The notes under the pieces are model-generated. The model was not told the DNA's origin and did no database searches. It was given only the letters and a program-made list of their open reading frames with translations. A DNA stretch of 64,000 nt, from positions 1 through 64,000 of IMG/VR virus record IMGVR_UViG_3300037714_000131; one strand, 5' to 3'. A program made the translations under genes and the position numbers. The stretch is from a virus. Lineage: Duplodnaviria; Caudoviricetes. This document shows positions 37,711 through 46,532 of this stretch, one piece after another (the first letter of the stretch is position 1; the number at the start of each line of letters is the position of its first letter).

Positions 37711-38095
37711 ACTCATCAACATCACCGCCCCTCAGCATCGTTGCTCCTTGGGCGCATGCCCTGCTGTCTACAAGTTCGATGGCGACAAGTTTTACGGCAT
37801 CATCGGCAAGGTGGTCGACGATCCAGATCTTGCCGACAGGATTGGAGAAGGCGAAGCAGCCGTCGAGATCCCCGCCGAGATACTCCTTTCGTCACTTGGG
37901 GTCACTGATCTGATAGAGGCGGCAGAGCGATCAGACCAGCTAATCGCAGACCTTGGCAGCCTGATGATCTCCTATCTCACCAGGGGCATGGAGAAGGATG
38001 CGTTCGTATCCGAAGTCATCGGACGGCTGGACGAACCAGATCCATACGTTTCGCTCCGCTCCGTCATCGATCGCATCAAGGGAGGCGCAGCATGA
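37703..38095 (+). CDS. Hypothetical protein
   Basis: Coupled ORF; CSLGACPAVY. Confidence 0.6.
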   Translation: MRKLINITAPQHRCSLGACPAVYKFDGDKFYGIIGKVVDDPDLADRIGEGEAAVEIPAEILLSSLGVTDLIEAAERSDQLIADLGSLMISYLTRGMEKDAFVSEVIGRLDEPDPYVSLRSVIDRIKGGAA

Positions 38096-39033
38096 ACACA
38101 CCGGGACAGGGGCATAATAGCGGGACCAGGCCGGGCAACTGGATCTCCGTCAGTCGGGACATGCGCGATCACAGCGTTGTGGGCATGGGCCAGCCAGTAA
38201 GGCCGGCCGACACGGCGCGCGGGTCGTACTCCAAGTACGAGGCTTGGCAGGATCTCCTCATGGAAGCGCAGTGGAAGCCCTTCGAGGTGATCAACCGCGG
38301 CAAGTCGGTCACGTTGCAGCGCGGCCAACTCATGGCGGCGAGAAGCTGGCTTGCCGACCGCTGGAACTGGTCGGAAAAGACCGTCCGGATTTTCATCTCG
38401 CAACTCGAAGAAGAGTTCATGGTGCGATCCGACGCTTCAACCTCAAAGGGTAAGACAGGGCGCTACAACAACATTCTCACTATCTGCAATTACGACATTT
38501 ATCAAACGGTTTTCGAGCTGATGAAGCTCAGCGATGAACAAAATCAGGGGCCAGATGAAAGGCCAGATGAAGGGCCAAATAAAGGGCCAGATGAAACGGA
38601 AGAAAAACCGTTTAATTACAACGTCATATCAATAGCTGAAGCCAAAAAAGGGCCAGATGAAAGGCCAGATGAAGGGCCAAATAAAGGGCCACAATATAAT
38701 AAGGTTAAGAATAATGTTTTAATAGAGAGAGAGAATGCGCGAGCGCGTGATGATGGCAGTTCGAGACTGCCGGAGGACTGGTACCTGCCGAACGAGTGGG
38801 GCCAGTGGGCCATGCACGAATGCAAGCGTGATCGGGACTGGGTAATCACGGCTTCGAAGAAGTTCAAGGATTACTGGCTCTCGGTTCCCGACAGCAAGGG
38901 CTTCAAGAAAAACTGGCGATCGACGTGGCAGAACTGGTGCCGGAACACGTTGCAGCGCGAGGCCAAATACAACCAGACCAAGCCATCCGACCCGAAAAGC
39001 AAGTATAGCAAATTCTACGATGGGGTGCTCTGA
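38092..39033 (+). CDS. Replication initiator (lambda O-like)
   Basis: N-terminal wHTH (LADRWNWSEKTVR); internal iterons; C-terminal KKNWRSTWQNW. Confidence 0.8.
   Translation: MNTPGQGHNSGTRPGNWISVSRDMRDHSVVGMGQPVRPADTARGSYSKYEAWQDLLMEAQWKPFEVINRGKSVTLQRGQLMAARSWLADRWNWSEKTVRIFISQLEEEFMVRSDASTSKGKTGRYNNILTICNYDIYQTVFELMKLSDEQNQGPDERPDEGPNKGPDETEEKPFNYNVISIAEAKKGPDERPDEGPNKGPQYNKVKNNVLIERENARARDDGSSRLPEDWYLPNEWGQWAMHECKRDRDWVITASKKFKDYWLSVPDSKGFKKNWRSTWQNWCRNTLQREAKYNQTKPSDPKSKYSKFYDGVL
38548..38691 (+). repeat. Origin iterons: two copies of a 42-bp unit built from GGCCA(G/A)AT(G/A)AA subrepeats
   Basis: Identical 42-mers at 38548-38589 and 38650-38691, followed by an AT-rich tract. Confidence 0.85.
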
Positions 39034-40844
39034 TGGAGATCGGCCGCATCAAGCAAGCCCTTGCGGACAAAGCGCAAACCGTGGCGGAATACCTGCTGCC
39101 GAACGGCGTGAAGCAGTCCAGCGAATGGCGCGCCGGGTCCGTCGGTGGCGAGAAAGGCCAGAGCCTCGGCGTGCATCTGACCGGCGCGAAGGCTGGCGTG
39201 TGGAGCGATTTCAGCACCGGCGAAGTCGGGGACTTGCTCGACCTGTGGGTCGCGGTTCGGCGCGTGACGCTTGCTCAGGCGATGCAGGAGGCCCGCGACT
39301 GGCTGGGCTTTGAGCGTCCGAAACCGCACAGGGAGCCGAAGAAAAGCTATATCCGGCCGCCGAAACCGAAATGCAACGCGCCGCGCGGCCGGGTGAAGGA
39401 TTACCTGATCGAAGAGCGCAACATCCCCGACCACATCCTGGCTCGGTACAAGATCGCTGAGCAGGGCGATTTGATCGTTTTCCCGTTCCTGCTGCCGGAT
39501 GGCGAGTTGGCGTTGGTCAAGGTTCGCAAGGCCGAAGCTGGCGCGAAGCCGAAGCCGACAACCACGAATGCCGAGCCGGTCCTGTTTGGCTGGCAGGCGA
39601 TCCCGGATAACGCTCGCGAAGTCACGATCACCGAGGGCGAATTGGACGCGCCATCGATGGCGGCATATGGCTGGCCGGCGCTTTCGGTTCCTTTCGGCGG
39701 CGGCAAGGGCGGCAAGCAGCAATGGATTGAGAACGAATTCGAACGCATGGAGCGCTTTGAGAAAATCTATCTCGCGCTCGACATGGACAAGGGCGGCAAC
39801 GAAGCGGCGGAGGAAATCGCCGCGCGGCTTGGGCGGCATCGCTGCTACCGCGTCACGCTTCCCCTGAAGGACGCCAACGAATGCCTGACAAGCGGCATCC
39901 CGAAAGAGGCCATCGATAAGGCCATGCACGAAACTGTCAGCCTCGACCCGGAAGGGCTCCGTAAGGCGAGCGATTTCACGGATGCCGTCATTCACCTGTT
40001 CTGGCCGGCCGAGGGCGAACATGTCGGCTATCACACACCATACGGCAAGCTGAAGGGCAAGCTCCTGTTCCGCCCGGCCGAAATGACATTGTGGAGTGGC
40101 GCATCCGGCGCGGGCAAAAGCCAGATCCTTTCCGACTGCGCAGTGGACTGGATCAAGCAGGGCAGCCGCATCTGCGTTTCGAGTCTGGAAATGCGCGCCG
40201 CGCAATCGCTGAAACGGATGTGCAAGCAGACCACTGGCGTCGAGCGCCCGAGTGCAAAGGCAATCGGGGATTCGCTCATATGGCTGGATCAGGGATTGCT
40301 GCTTTACGATCTGGTCGGCAAGGCTGGCGTCGCCCCCATTCTCGAAGTCTTCGATTATGCCCGCGCCAAATATGGCTGCGATCAATTCATCATCGACAGT
40401 CTGATGCGGCTCGGCGTCGCCAGCGACGATTACACGGGCCAGGAAAAGGTTGTGTTCCAGCTCGTAGATTGGGTGATTGAGCGAGGCGTTCACCTGCATC
40501 TCGTTGCCCATTCTCGCAAGGGAACGGCATCAGCTGGCGCACCGGAAACCGAGGACATAAAGGGCGCAATGGAGATCGGCGCGAACGCTTTCAATATCAT
40601 GACAGTCTGGCGCAACCGGCAGCTTGAAGATGAAATCCGCAAATTGGAAGTTGCAGGAAGTCAAGAAGAAGCCGAGCAATTGAAAGAAACTCCAGGTGTT
40701 TTGCTCAACGTCGCCAAGCAAAGAAATGGGGATTTCGAAGGAAAAATAGGACTTTGGTTTGACCAGAATACTTATAGATACTATTCTGCTTATGACAGAG
40801 AGATGTGGAATCGCGACTATTTGCAAGTAAGCATGGCAGCGTAG
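39033..40844 (+). CDS. Primase-helicase (TOPRIM plus SF4 helicase, T7 gp4/Twinkle-like)
   Basis: ITEGELDA, LALDMD, WSGASGAGKS, IIDSLM, HLVAHSRK, KQRNG. Confidence 0.9.
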   Translation: MEIGRIKQALADKAQTVAEYLLPNGVKQSSEWRAGSVGGEKGQSLGVHLTGAKAGVWSDFSTGEVGDLLDLWVAVRRVTLAQAMQEARDWLGFERPKPHREPKKSYIRPPKPKCNAPRGRVKDYLIEERNIPDHILARYKIAEQGDLIVFPFLLPDGELALVKVRKAEAGAKPKPTTTNAEPVLFGWQAIPDNAREVTITEGELDAPSMAAYGWPALSVPFGGGKGGKQQWIENEFERMERFEKIYLALDMDKGGNEAAEEIAARLGRHRCYRVTLPLKDANECLTSGIPKEAIDKAMHETVSLDPEGLRKASDFTDAVIHLFWPAEGEHVGYHTPYGKLKGKLLFRPAEMTLWSGASGAGKSQILSDCAVDWIKQGSRICVSSLEMRAAQSLKRMCKQTTGVERPSAKAIGDSLIWLDQGLLLYDLVGKAGVAPILEVFDYARAKYGCDQFIIDSLMRLGVASDDYTGQEKVVFQLVDWVIERGVHLHLVAHSRKGTASAGAPETEDIKGAMEIGANAFNIMTVWRNRQLEDEIRKLEVAGSQEEAEQLKETPGVLLNVAKQRNGDFEGKIGLWFDQNTYRYYSAYDREMWNRDYLQVSMAA

Positions 40845-40856
40845 AAAGGTAAGACG

Positions 40857-42374
40857 ATGAGCAAAGATCAGAAACAAGTTTGCATGTACTGCCGTCATTG
40901 GGCTTGCAGGGATCTCCATGCGCCCGAGAAGGTGATGCCAACTATCGCCGGCGACTGCCGGTTATCGCCGCCTCAGTTAGTCCAGCAATCGTATGGACCC
41001 GGCGAGCCTTACGCCACGACAGCGTGGCCGACCACGAAGGGTGCTCATTGGTGCGGGTCATTTGCGGATCGTCCGGATAATCATGTCGCGGAACTTCCCG
41101 ATGCTTGGGAGCATATCAGCGAACCGGTCGCCCGCGTCATCGAGAAAAGCAGCCGAGCGTATGGCGGCGAGGACGCGGCATGAACTCTGACGCCACCACA
41201 GATCAGATCCTGTCCCGGCTCTGCGAAGTCTTGAATGACGGCATGGGTCGTTTTGAAGCCCGCGCCCGTGGGGACAAAACCACAGGGCGCGGATGCGCAA
41301 GGAAGGGAAAATCTGATGAGCACTTCAGATCTAACTGCTGCGCGCATACGCAGACATGAGGACTGCATGAACACCACCTGCGAGGAACTACTCGCTCTGG
41401 TCAAGGACGATCTTGCGAATGGCGGCTACAAAAATGCCAAGCGCATGGCGATCATCGTGATCGATGAGGACGGCAAGGGCGATCAAAACATCAGCAGCTA
41501 TCGTTGCGGCATGAACCGTGCCGAGGAGATCGGCTATCTTGAAATGGCGAAGGACGACCGGAAGTCGGATTGGGTGATTGCATGACCACCTCAGAACAAA
41601 AAGCCAGAGCGATCGTCGCCAAGTTTCGGCATGACTATTTCCGCTCGGATATTCACCCGGAAGATTCGGTCGATCAAGCCGTCTCCGCCATCTCCAAAGC
41701 GATAGACGATGCCGTGAGGGAGGAACGGGAGGCTTGGGAGCAAGCCGTCTGGCAATACAAGGAAGTTTGGTCTGAAATACTAGAATCGAAGGGTGATGAT
41801 AAGTTCTGGGATACCGTCGTCAATGCTAAATTCAACACCCTCATTGGCATTTGCGAACGAGCTGAACGGGTGCGTCAGAGGAGCCAGTCATGACCGACCC
41901 CATTATCGAAGCTATGGCCCGCGATCTGTGCAAGCAGGACGGCCACAACCCCGATAACATGCGCGGTGGGTTCGATCGCGAACAGATCTGGAAAAGCTGG
42001 GCACCTGAATGCCGGGCCTTTCTGAGGACGTACCGGGCGATGGTCAAGGCTGAAGCCTCTCACGAGCCGCAGGAGGCCAAGGAAGCCTCCGGGGCTATCA
42101 TCGATGCTAAAGACTAGCTTCGGGGCTGTACGGCCCCTACACGCCCGATCTGAGGTGCATCTGAATGACAGAACGCGAATACGTCGAACACATCCGCTCG
42201 AAAGCGGAGGCTTACATGGCTGAACTCGATAACGAGCAGCCGCTCATGAAGCCTATCACCGAATGGGAGAATGTAAGGGCGGGACTGTCGGCTCAAACTA
42301 TGGTGGTGCTTTGCGAAGCGTGGCTTGACGCCGAGGTTGTACGTAAGGAAATCGAGGGGACAGAAGCAGAATGA
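40857..42374 (+). CDS. Small hypothetical genes (40857-41183, 41316-41585, 41582-41893, 41890-42117, 42165-42374)
   Basis: Coupled ORFs in the nin-like region. Confidence 0.55.
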
Positions 42375-42802
42375 GCGTAGAAGAAGCTCCTCCTAAAGTC
42401 AGCATTCGATTGACGCGGCAACAGCGCGCCGAACTAAAGCAGATGTTCGACGGTCTCTGCGCCTATTGCGGCGAGGAGCTTGGCGATCGGTGGCATGCTG
42501 ATCACGTCGAACCCGTTCTTCGAGTGAGCCAATACGTCAAAGGCAAAGGCTTTGTTGCGACGGGTAAGATGCTATACCCAAACCGTGACGGTATTGAGAA
42601 CATGATGCCAGCCTGCATCCCTTGCAACATCCATAAACACGGAATGTCACTGGAGGGATGGCGCATGTATCTGGCCGACCTTACGGGCGTGCTCCGGCGA
42701 AATCACGCCGTCTATCGGCACGCGCTCCGCTTCGGATTTGTATCAGAAAATCCGAAGCCAGTCGTATTTTACTTCGAGCGATTAAGGGGCGCATCAGAAT
42801 GA
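42371..42802 (+). CDS. HNH endonuclease
   Basis: CAYCG, ADHVEP, NMMPACIPCNIHK. Confidence 0.85.
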   Translation: MSVEEAPPKVSIRLTRQQRAELKQMFDGLCAYCGEELGDRWHADHVEPVLRVSQYVKGKGFVATGKMLYPNRDGIENMMPACIPCNIHKHGMSLEGWRMYLADLTGVLRRNHAVYRHALRFGFVSENPKPVVFYFERLRGASE

Positions 42803-42857
42803 CCGACCGCAAGCCGAGAAAGACACGCAGCGCAGTCGAGCAGCATACGAGGGATGC

Positions 42858-43541
42858 ATGAGCAAACGCAAATCCACACGCAAGCGCGCAACGACGGCGA
42901 TCGCGGCGCGTCCGCTTACCGAAGCCCAGCTTGAGACATTCATCCACGCCGGGCCGGTGACGAAAGAGCGCCGCCAGCATGCGGACATCGCCACGGAGAT
43001 CATCGAGAAGACCTCGGACGGCTGGCCGATCCAGGTTCGCCAGATGGTCTCGACGCCGGTTCGCAAGCTCCTGGAGCAGGAAGCTGTCGGCTTTGCCGAG
43101 GTCTTCGGAGCAACCATGCTCCGCTGGGATCACGACATGGCCCTTTATAACCGATTGTCCGGAAAATGGGAAATGCGCGTTGACGGCGGCGGCATGGGTA
43201 TGGCTGACATGGAAAAGCGTCTGTTCCACGCGAAACGCATGCGGGAAGCTTTCATGCATCTCGGTCACGAGCTGGGGCAGATAGCATGGCTGTCGGTCAT
43301 CGAACGCCCGATCGGCGATCTGAAGGCCACGCATACGTCAGTCGGGCAAAGCCTCCTTCCCAAGGGCACCGGCGTTGAGCAACGCGGGGCTGGCAAGGGC
43401 AGTCTCGTCATCACCGTGAGAGAGCTTTCAAGGTTTTACAAATTGACAAACGCGCCTGATCTGCCCTATGTTCAGCAGATGGCGATGCTTGATTGCGCGC
43501 TCGACAGAAAAAAATTCAGAATAACTGAAAAAGTTGCTTGA
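42858..43541 (+). CDS. Putative late regulator (Q-like position)
   Basis: Last early gene before the late region; family only loosely recognised. Confidence 0.45.
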   Translation: MSKRKSTRKRATTAIAARPLTEAQLETFIHAGPVTKERRQHADIATEIIEKTSDGWPIQVRQMVSTPVRKLLEQEAVGFAEVFGATMLRWDHDMALYNRLSGKWEMRVDGGGMGMADMEKRLFHAKRMREAFMHLGHELGQIAWLSVIERPIGDLKATHTSVGQSLLPKGTGVEQRGAGKGSLVITVRELSRFYKLTNAPDLPYVQQMAMLDCALDRKKFRITEKVA

Positions 43542-43744
43542 CACGACGTATATGTTTGTGGTTCAAGAATTATTAGCATGTGGAACTGCGTCCAGTTTCC
43601 ACTTTTGCGCCTTCAGGCCCAAGCGAACATCCCTCACACACAATCGATATGATCTGAGCAAGCGGATTGCTTTCGCGCTATGCCTGTTACGCATTTTCAT
43701 GATTGACGGATTCTCATCGAATCACTAAGGCTGATTCTTGTTAA

Positions 43745-44190
43745 CAGGCAGAAACCTAGGCTTTCAGACCGTTTAGACATAGTAAGCCCTGCCCATTTAC
43801 AGAGCTTCTATGTCGTGGTTCAGAAACCTGAGTATTCCGAGCCGCCCATGAACATACCAGCTTAGCTGGCGCTGCACTTGCTGGCCTCATCTGAGGCAGG
43901 GTAGGTTAGTGGTCACCCATTTGATCAGCAGATCGCCCCGGCTCTTTCGAGCCGCAGTAACGGACTACCCCGGCAGCTAGTACAGCAACCGCCGGGTTCG
44001 ATGCGGGCACTTCCCCCGCTCACTTGGTAGGCGTTCGGTTCATCCGGTGTTTTAGGTCTGGTTAACCCCCGGAACCGAAGCACACAGGGTGCCGCGTATG
44101 GTCCGATCTGCTTGGGTGTCTGGGCGACAATAGGCAGATTGGCTACTCGATACGCAACGCACAAAGCCCCGCCGAGGCAGGGTGAAAAAC
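43745..44190 (-). ncRNA. Candidate structured RNA element (strand uncertain)
   Basis: Dense hairpins, including CGGCTC-GAAA-GAGCCG (43939-43954); no convincing ORF. Confidence 0.4.
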
Positions 44191-44219
44191 TAGTTGACGG
44201 TGTTGGTGAACTGCATTAT

Positions 44220-45240
44220 GCAGGAATCCTATCTAAAATTTCGGTGGTCTGCTTGATTTTGCCGTCTGGCAGACCGCCAATCCCTGTTTAGATCACCATC
44301 CCTAAATTAAGCAAATCATTTTTTCTGATATCGGACAGCGTTTGATATCCGGTTTTGTTATATCATCAGCACAGCAAGGTTTGTGACCCGATGCCTATTG
44401 TGGGAAAACTGGGCTAAAACTCTTGCGCAATCGCGAGATTAGGTTAGAATCCTTTGATGATTTGAATTCCACGGGAGAGCTGCGGGATTGGGTCTTAGAC
44501 CCTTCGCCCTGATCATGGTAGAAGCCCAGATCGAAACAGCGCCCTGACGGACCGCTCGTATTGGGGCGGTAGCGAAGTAATGTCGTACTTTACACGTCTC
44601 CTGTCAGTAACGAGGCAGGCCGTCAGGTTTTAATTTCAGTCGCCATCTCCGAAGCATCGCCTCAAGAGGCGCGTTCTCGAAAGAGATAGGGATGGCGACG
44701 CAAATATTCGGCAGGGACGCGCCTCGGACAGCCTGTCGTCTTCGATTCTCCGGGCGTATTGACAGAGTGCGGTGAAGTGGCCACTTCGACTGCTAGATGT
44801 CTTGGGGATGCGAAACTGGTCAGTAGGGCGGGGTATTGATATCCCCTGCCTGAATACCGGCCCCAGCCATTTATTCAAGTTTCCCCAGTTGTCCGTGTGA
44901 GTTGCCCCTCCGGTTAAGGGGCCAGACCTGTACCGCACACGGGGCAAGGCGTCCGGGCGCAACTGAGGAAGAGTTTCTGGCGGCATGCGCTGGAACAACC
45001 CCGAGCACCTACGCGTGGTGCAGCATCCTTTAGCGATGTGGATCAGGGGCCAGGGGCCGCCAGAAAGCCGGGAGAGGAAATTGAATTGAAAAGCCCTATC
45101 ATTCCGCCAGCGAGAGATCGGCGAGTCTTTCGAGGTCAGACATGAAAAGCCCTATAATTCCGTCATAGCTGATTGCGGGAGACCACGTGTAAAGATTCCT
45201 TACACGTGGGTCAGTCTGGCCAGCAATCCCTGCTTAGCGC
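44220..45240 (+). ncRNA. Candidate large structured ncRNA
   Basis: Nested perfect helices of 7-10 bp, a GNRA loop, upstream promoter-like motifs, no convincing ORF. Confidence 0.6.
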
Positions 45241-45275
45241 GAAATGCAAAAAAATCAGCGCCAGTGTAAGGAACC

Positions 45276-45304
45276 TTGCAGGCTGCGACTTAATTTGCTA
45301 CTAT
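45276..45304 (+). promoter_or_regulatory. Promoter TTGCAG-N17-TACTAT, probably giving a leaderless mRNA
   Basis: -10 ends 6 nt before the ATG at 45311; no RBS. Confidence 0.6.
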
Positions 45305-45310
45305 TTCGGC

Positions 45311-45529
45311 ATGATCAAGATGCCCGGCAAGACATTGTGCGACATCCGCAAGAAGCTTCGCATGAGCCAAGAGCAGTTCGCCCAGCTAACCGGCGCGCAC
45401 GTTCAGACACTATCGAAATGGGAGCGCGGCATTCATCCGGTGCCCCAAGTCGTCGCCATCCTCGCCACGATCATAGAGGATGATCCGGTTGCATGCGATC
45501 GTGCTGAGAAACTCGCGGGGATAAAATGA
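45311..45529 (+). CDS. XRE-family HTH regulator (module copy 2)
   Basis: LRMSQEQFAQLTGAHVQTLSKWERGIHPVP. Confidence 0.85.
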   Translation: MIKMPGKTLCDIRKKLRMSQEQFAQLTGAHVQTLSKWERGIHPVPQVVAILATIIEDDPVACDRAEKLAGIK

Positions 45530-45711
45530 GCGAGCGCATCTGGAACACCGAAAAGCAGGAATGGGAGTGGCCGGTTCGCGAAGAGCTTAAGGCTGCTGCA
45601 TTCGAAGCAATGAAGCTTTTGACCGACGACGAGCGCATGGAGGTCATGTGGAAGTTTTGCAAGTCCTGCGGCAGTGATGATCCTGATTGTCGGTGCCGGA
45701 ACGACGAATGA
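45526..45711 (+). CDS. Small Cys-rich protein, paralog of 1132-1323
   Basis: WPVREELKAAAFEAMK...DDERMEVM...FCKSCGSDDPDCRCRNDE. Confidence 0.8.
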   Translation: MSERIWNTEKQEWEWPVREELKAAAFEAMKLLTDDERMEVMWKFCKSCGSDDPDCRCRNDE

Positions 45712-46208
45712 GAGCAGTTCTCCTACTTGTAGCAGCCCTTTCGCCGATTATAATCCTCGCGGCCATCGGTATTGCGAACGCGCCTTCGGCTGGCGCAGAT
45801 TGTGATGCAAGAGGCGGCGTTGTTGTCGCGCGTGGCTTCGGAACGGCTTGCGTGATGCGCGCTGACCGGGCCAAGCTCAAGGAGCTTTACAGATGAGTGA
45901 GGGACACGCAAGAAACGCGCCGAGGGAAAATCACATGACTGAATACGACCCAATCACAGATCCGGTCTTCGCGGTTGTCGAAGCGGCCCGCAGCGCTCTG
46001 GTGGGTCTCTGCTGCGCCGTGACGGCTTATGACGGTCCAAGCGACCTTGAGCGTGCCGAATTCGAAGCTTCTCGCTCCGCCCGTTAGATAAACAGGAACA
46101 ACTCAAATGCCAAAGCTTCAAGGCTACCCCAGCAAATCCAGCAAGAAGATCGTCAAGCCCAAGGGATCGAAGTCCATGAAGGCTGGCGGCAAGAAGGGGA
46201 AGAAGTAG
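45708..46208 (+). CDS. Small genes before terS (45708-45896 membrane; 45893-46087; 46107-46208 Lys-rich 33 aa)
   Basis: Coupled ORFs; the last has an AGGA RBS. Confidence 0.45.
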
Positions 46209-46247
46209 GTCGAAAGTAGATGAGAAAGTAGATAAGAAAGTAGATAA

Positions 46248-46532
46248 ATGGCCAAAGGTGAAAAGACTGGCGGTCGCAGAAGGGGAACTCCGAACAAAGC
46301 GACCACTGCTCAGGTAAAGAAGGCTAGGGAGATAGCCGAATCTGGCATGACTCCGCTTGAATACCTGCTCAAGGTCATGCGTGACGAAAACGTACCTCAG
46401 AATGAGCGGGTTGATGCAGCAAAAGCTGCAGCGCCTTATGTCCATCCGAAGCTGGCAAACATCGAGCATAGCGGAAAAGGCGCAGGCGGCGCAATCCAGA
46501 TCATCATAAGCCCCGATGACGCAAAATTATGA
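46248..46532 (+). CDS. terS: Terminase small subunit
   Basis: KTGGRRRGTPNK; RVDAAKAAAPYVHPKL. Confidence 0.85.
   Translation: MAKGEKTGGRRRGTPNKATTAQVKKAREIAESGMTPLEYLLKVMRDENVPQNERVDAAKAAAPYVHPKLANIEHSGKGAGGAIQIIISPDDAKL

Noticed and set aside
39015-40511. 498-aa minus-strand ORF
   Set aside because: Antisense shadow of the primase-helicase; the same applies to those opposite the portal, scaffold and GT genes
44636-44998. 120-aa minus-strand ORF in the structured region
   Set aside because: No RBS or recognisable motifs; the helices and GNRA loop favour a plus-strand RNA
44960-45075. RNase P RNA or tmRNA identity for the large RNA
   Set aside because: GAGGAAGAG and CAGAAAGCCGG only loosely resemble RNase P P4 motifs; no tmRNA tag frame or tRNA-like ends were found
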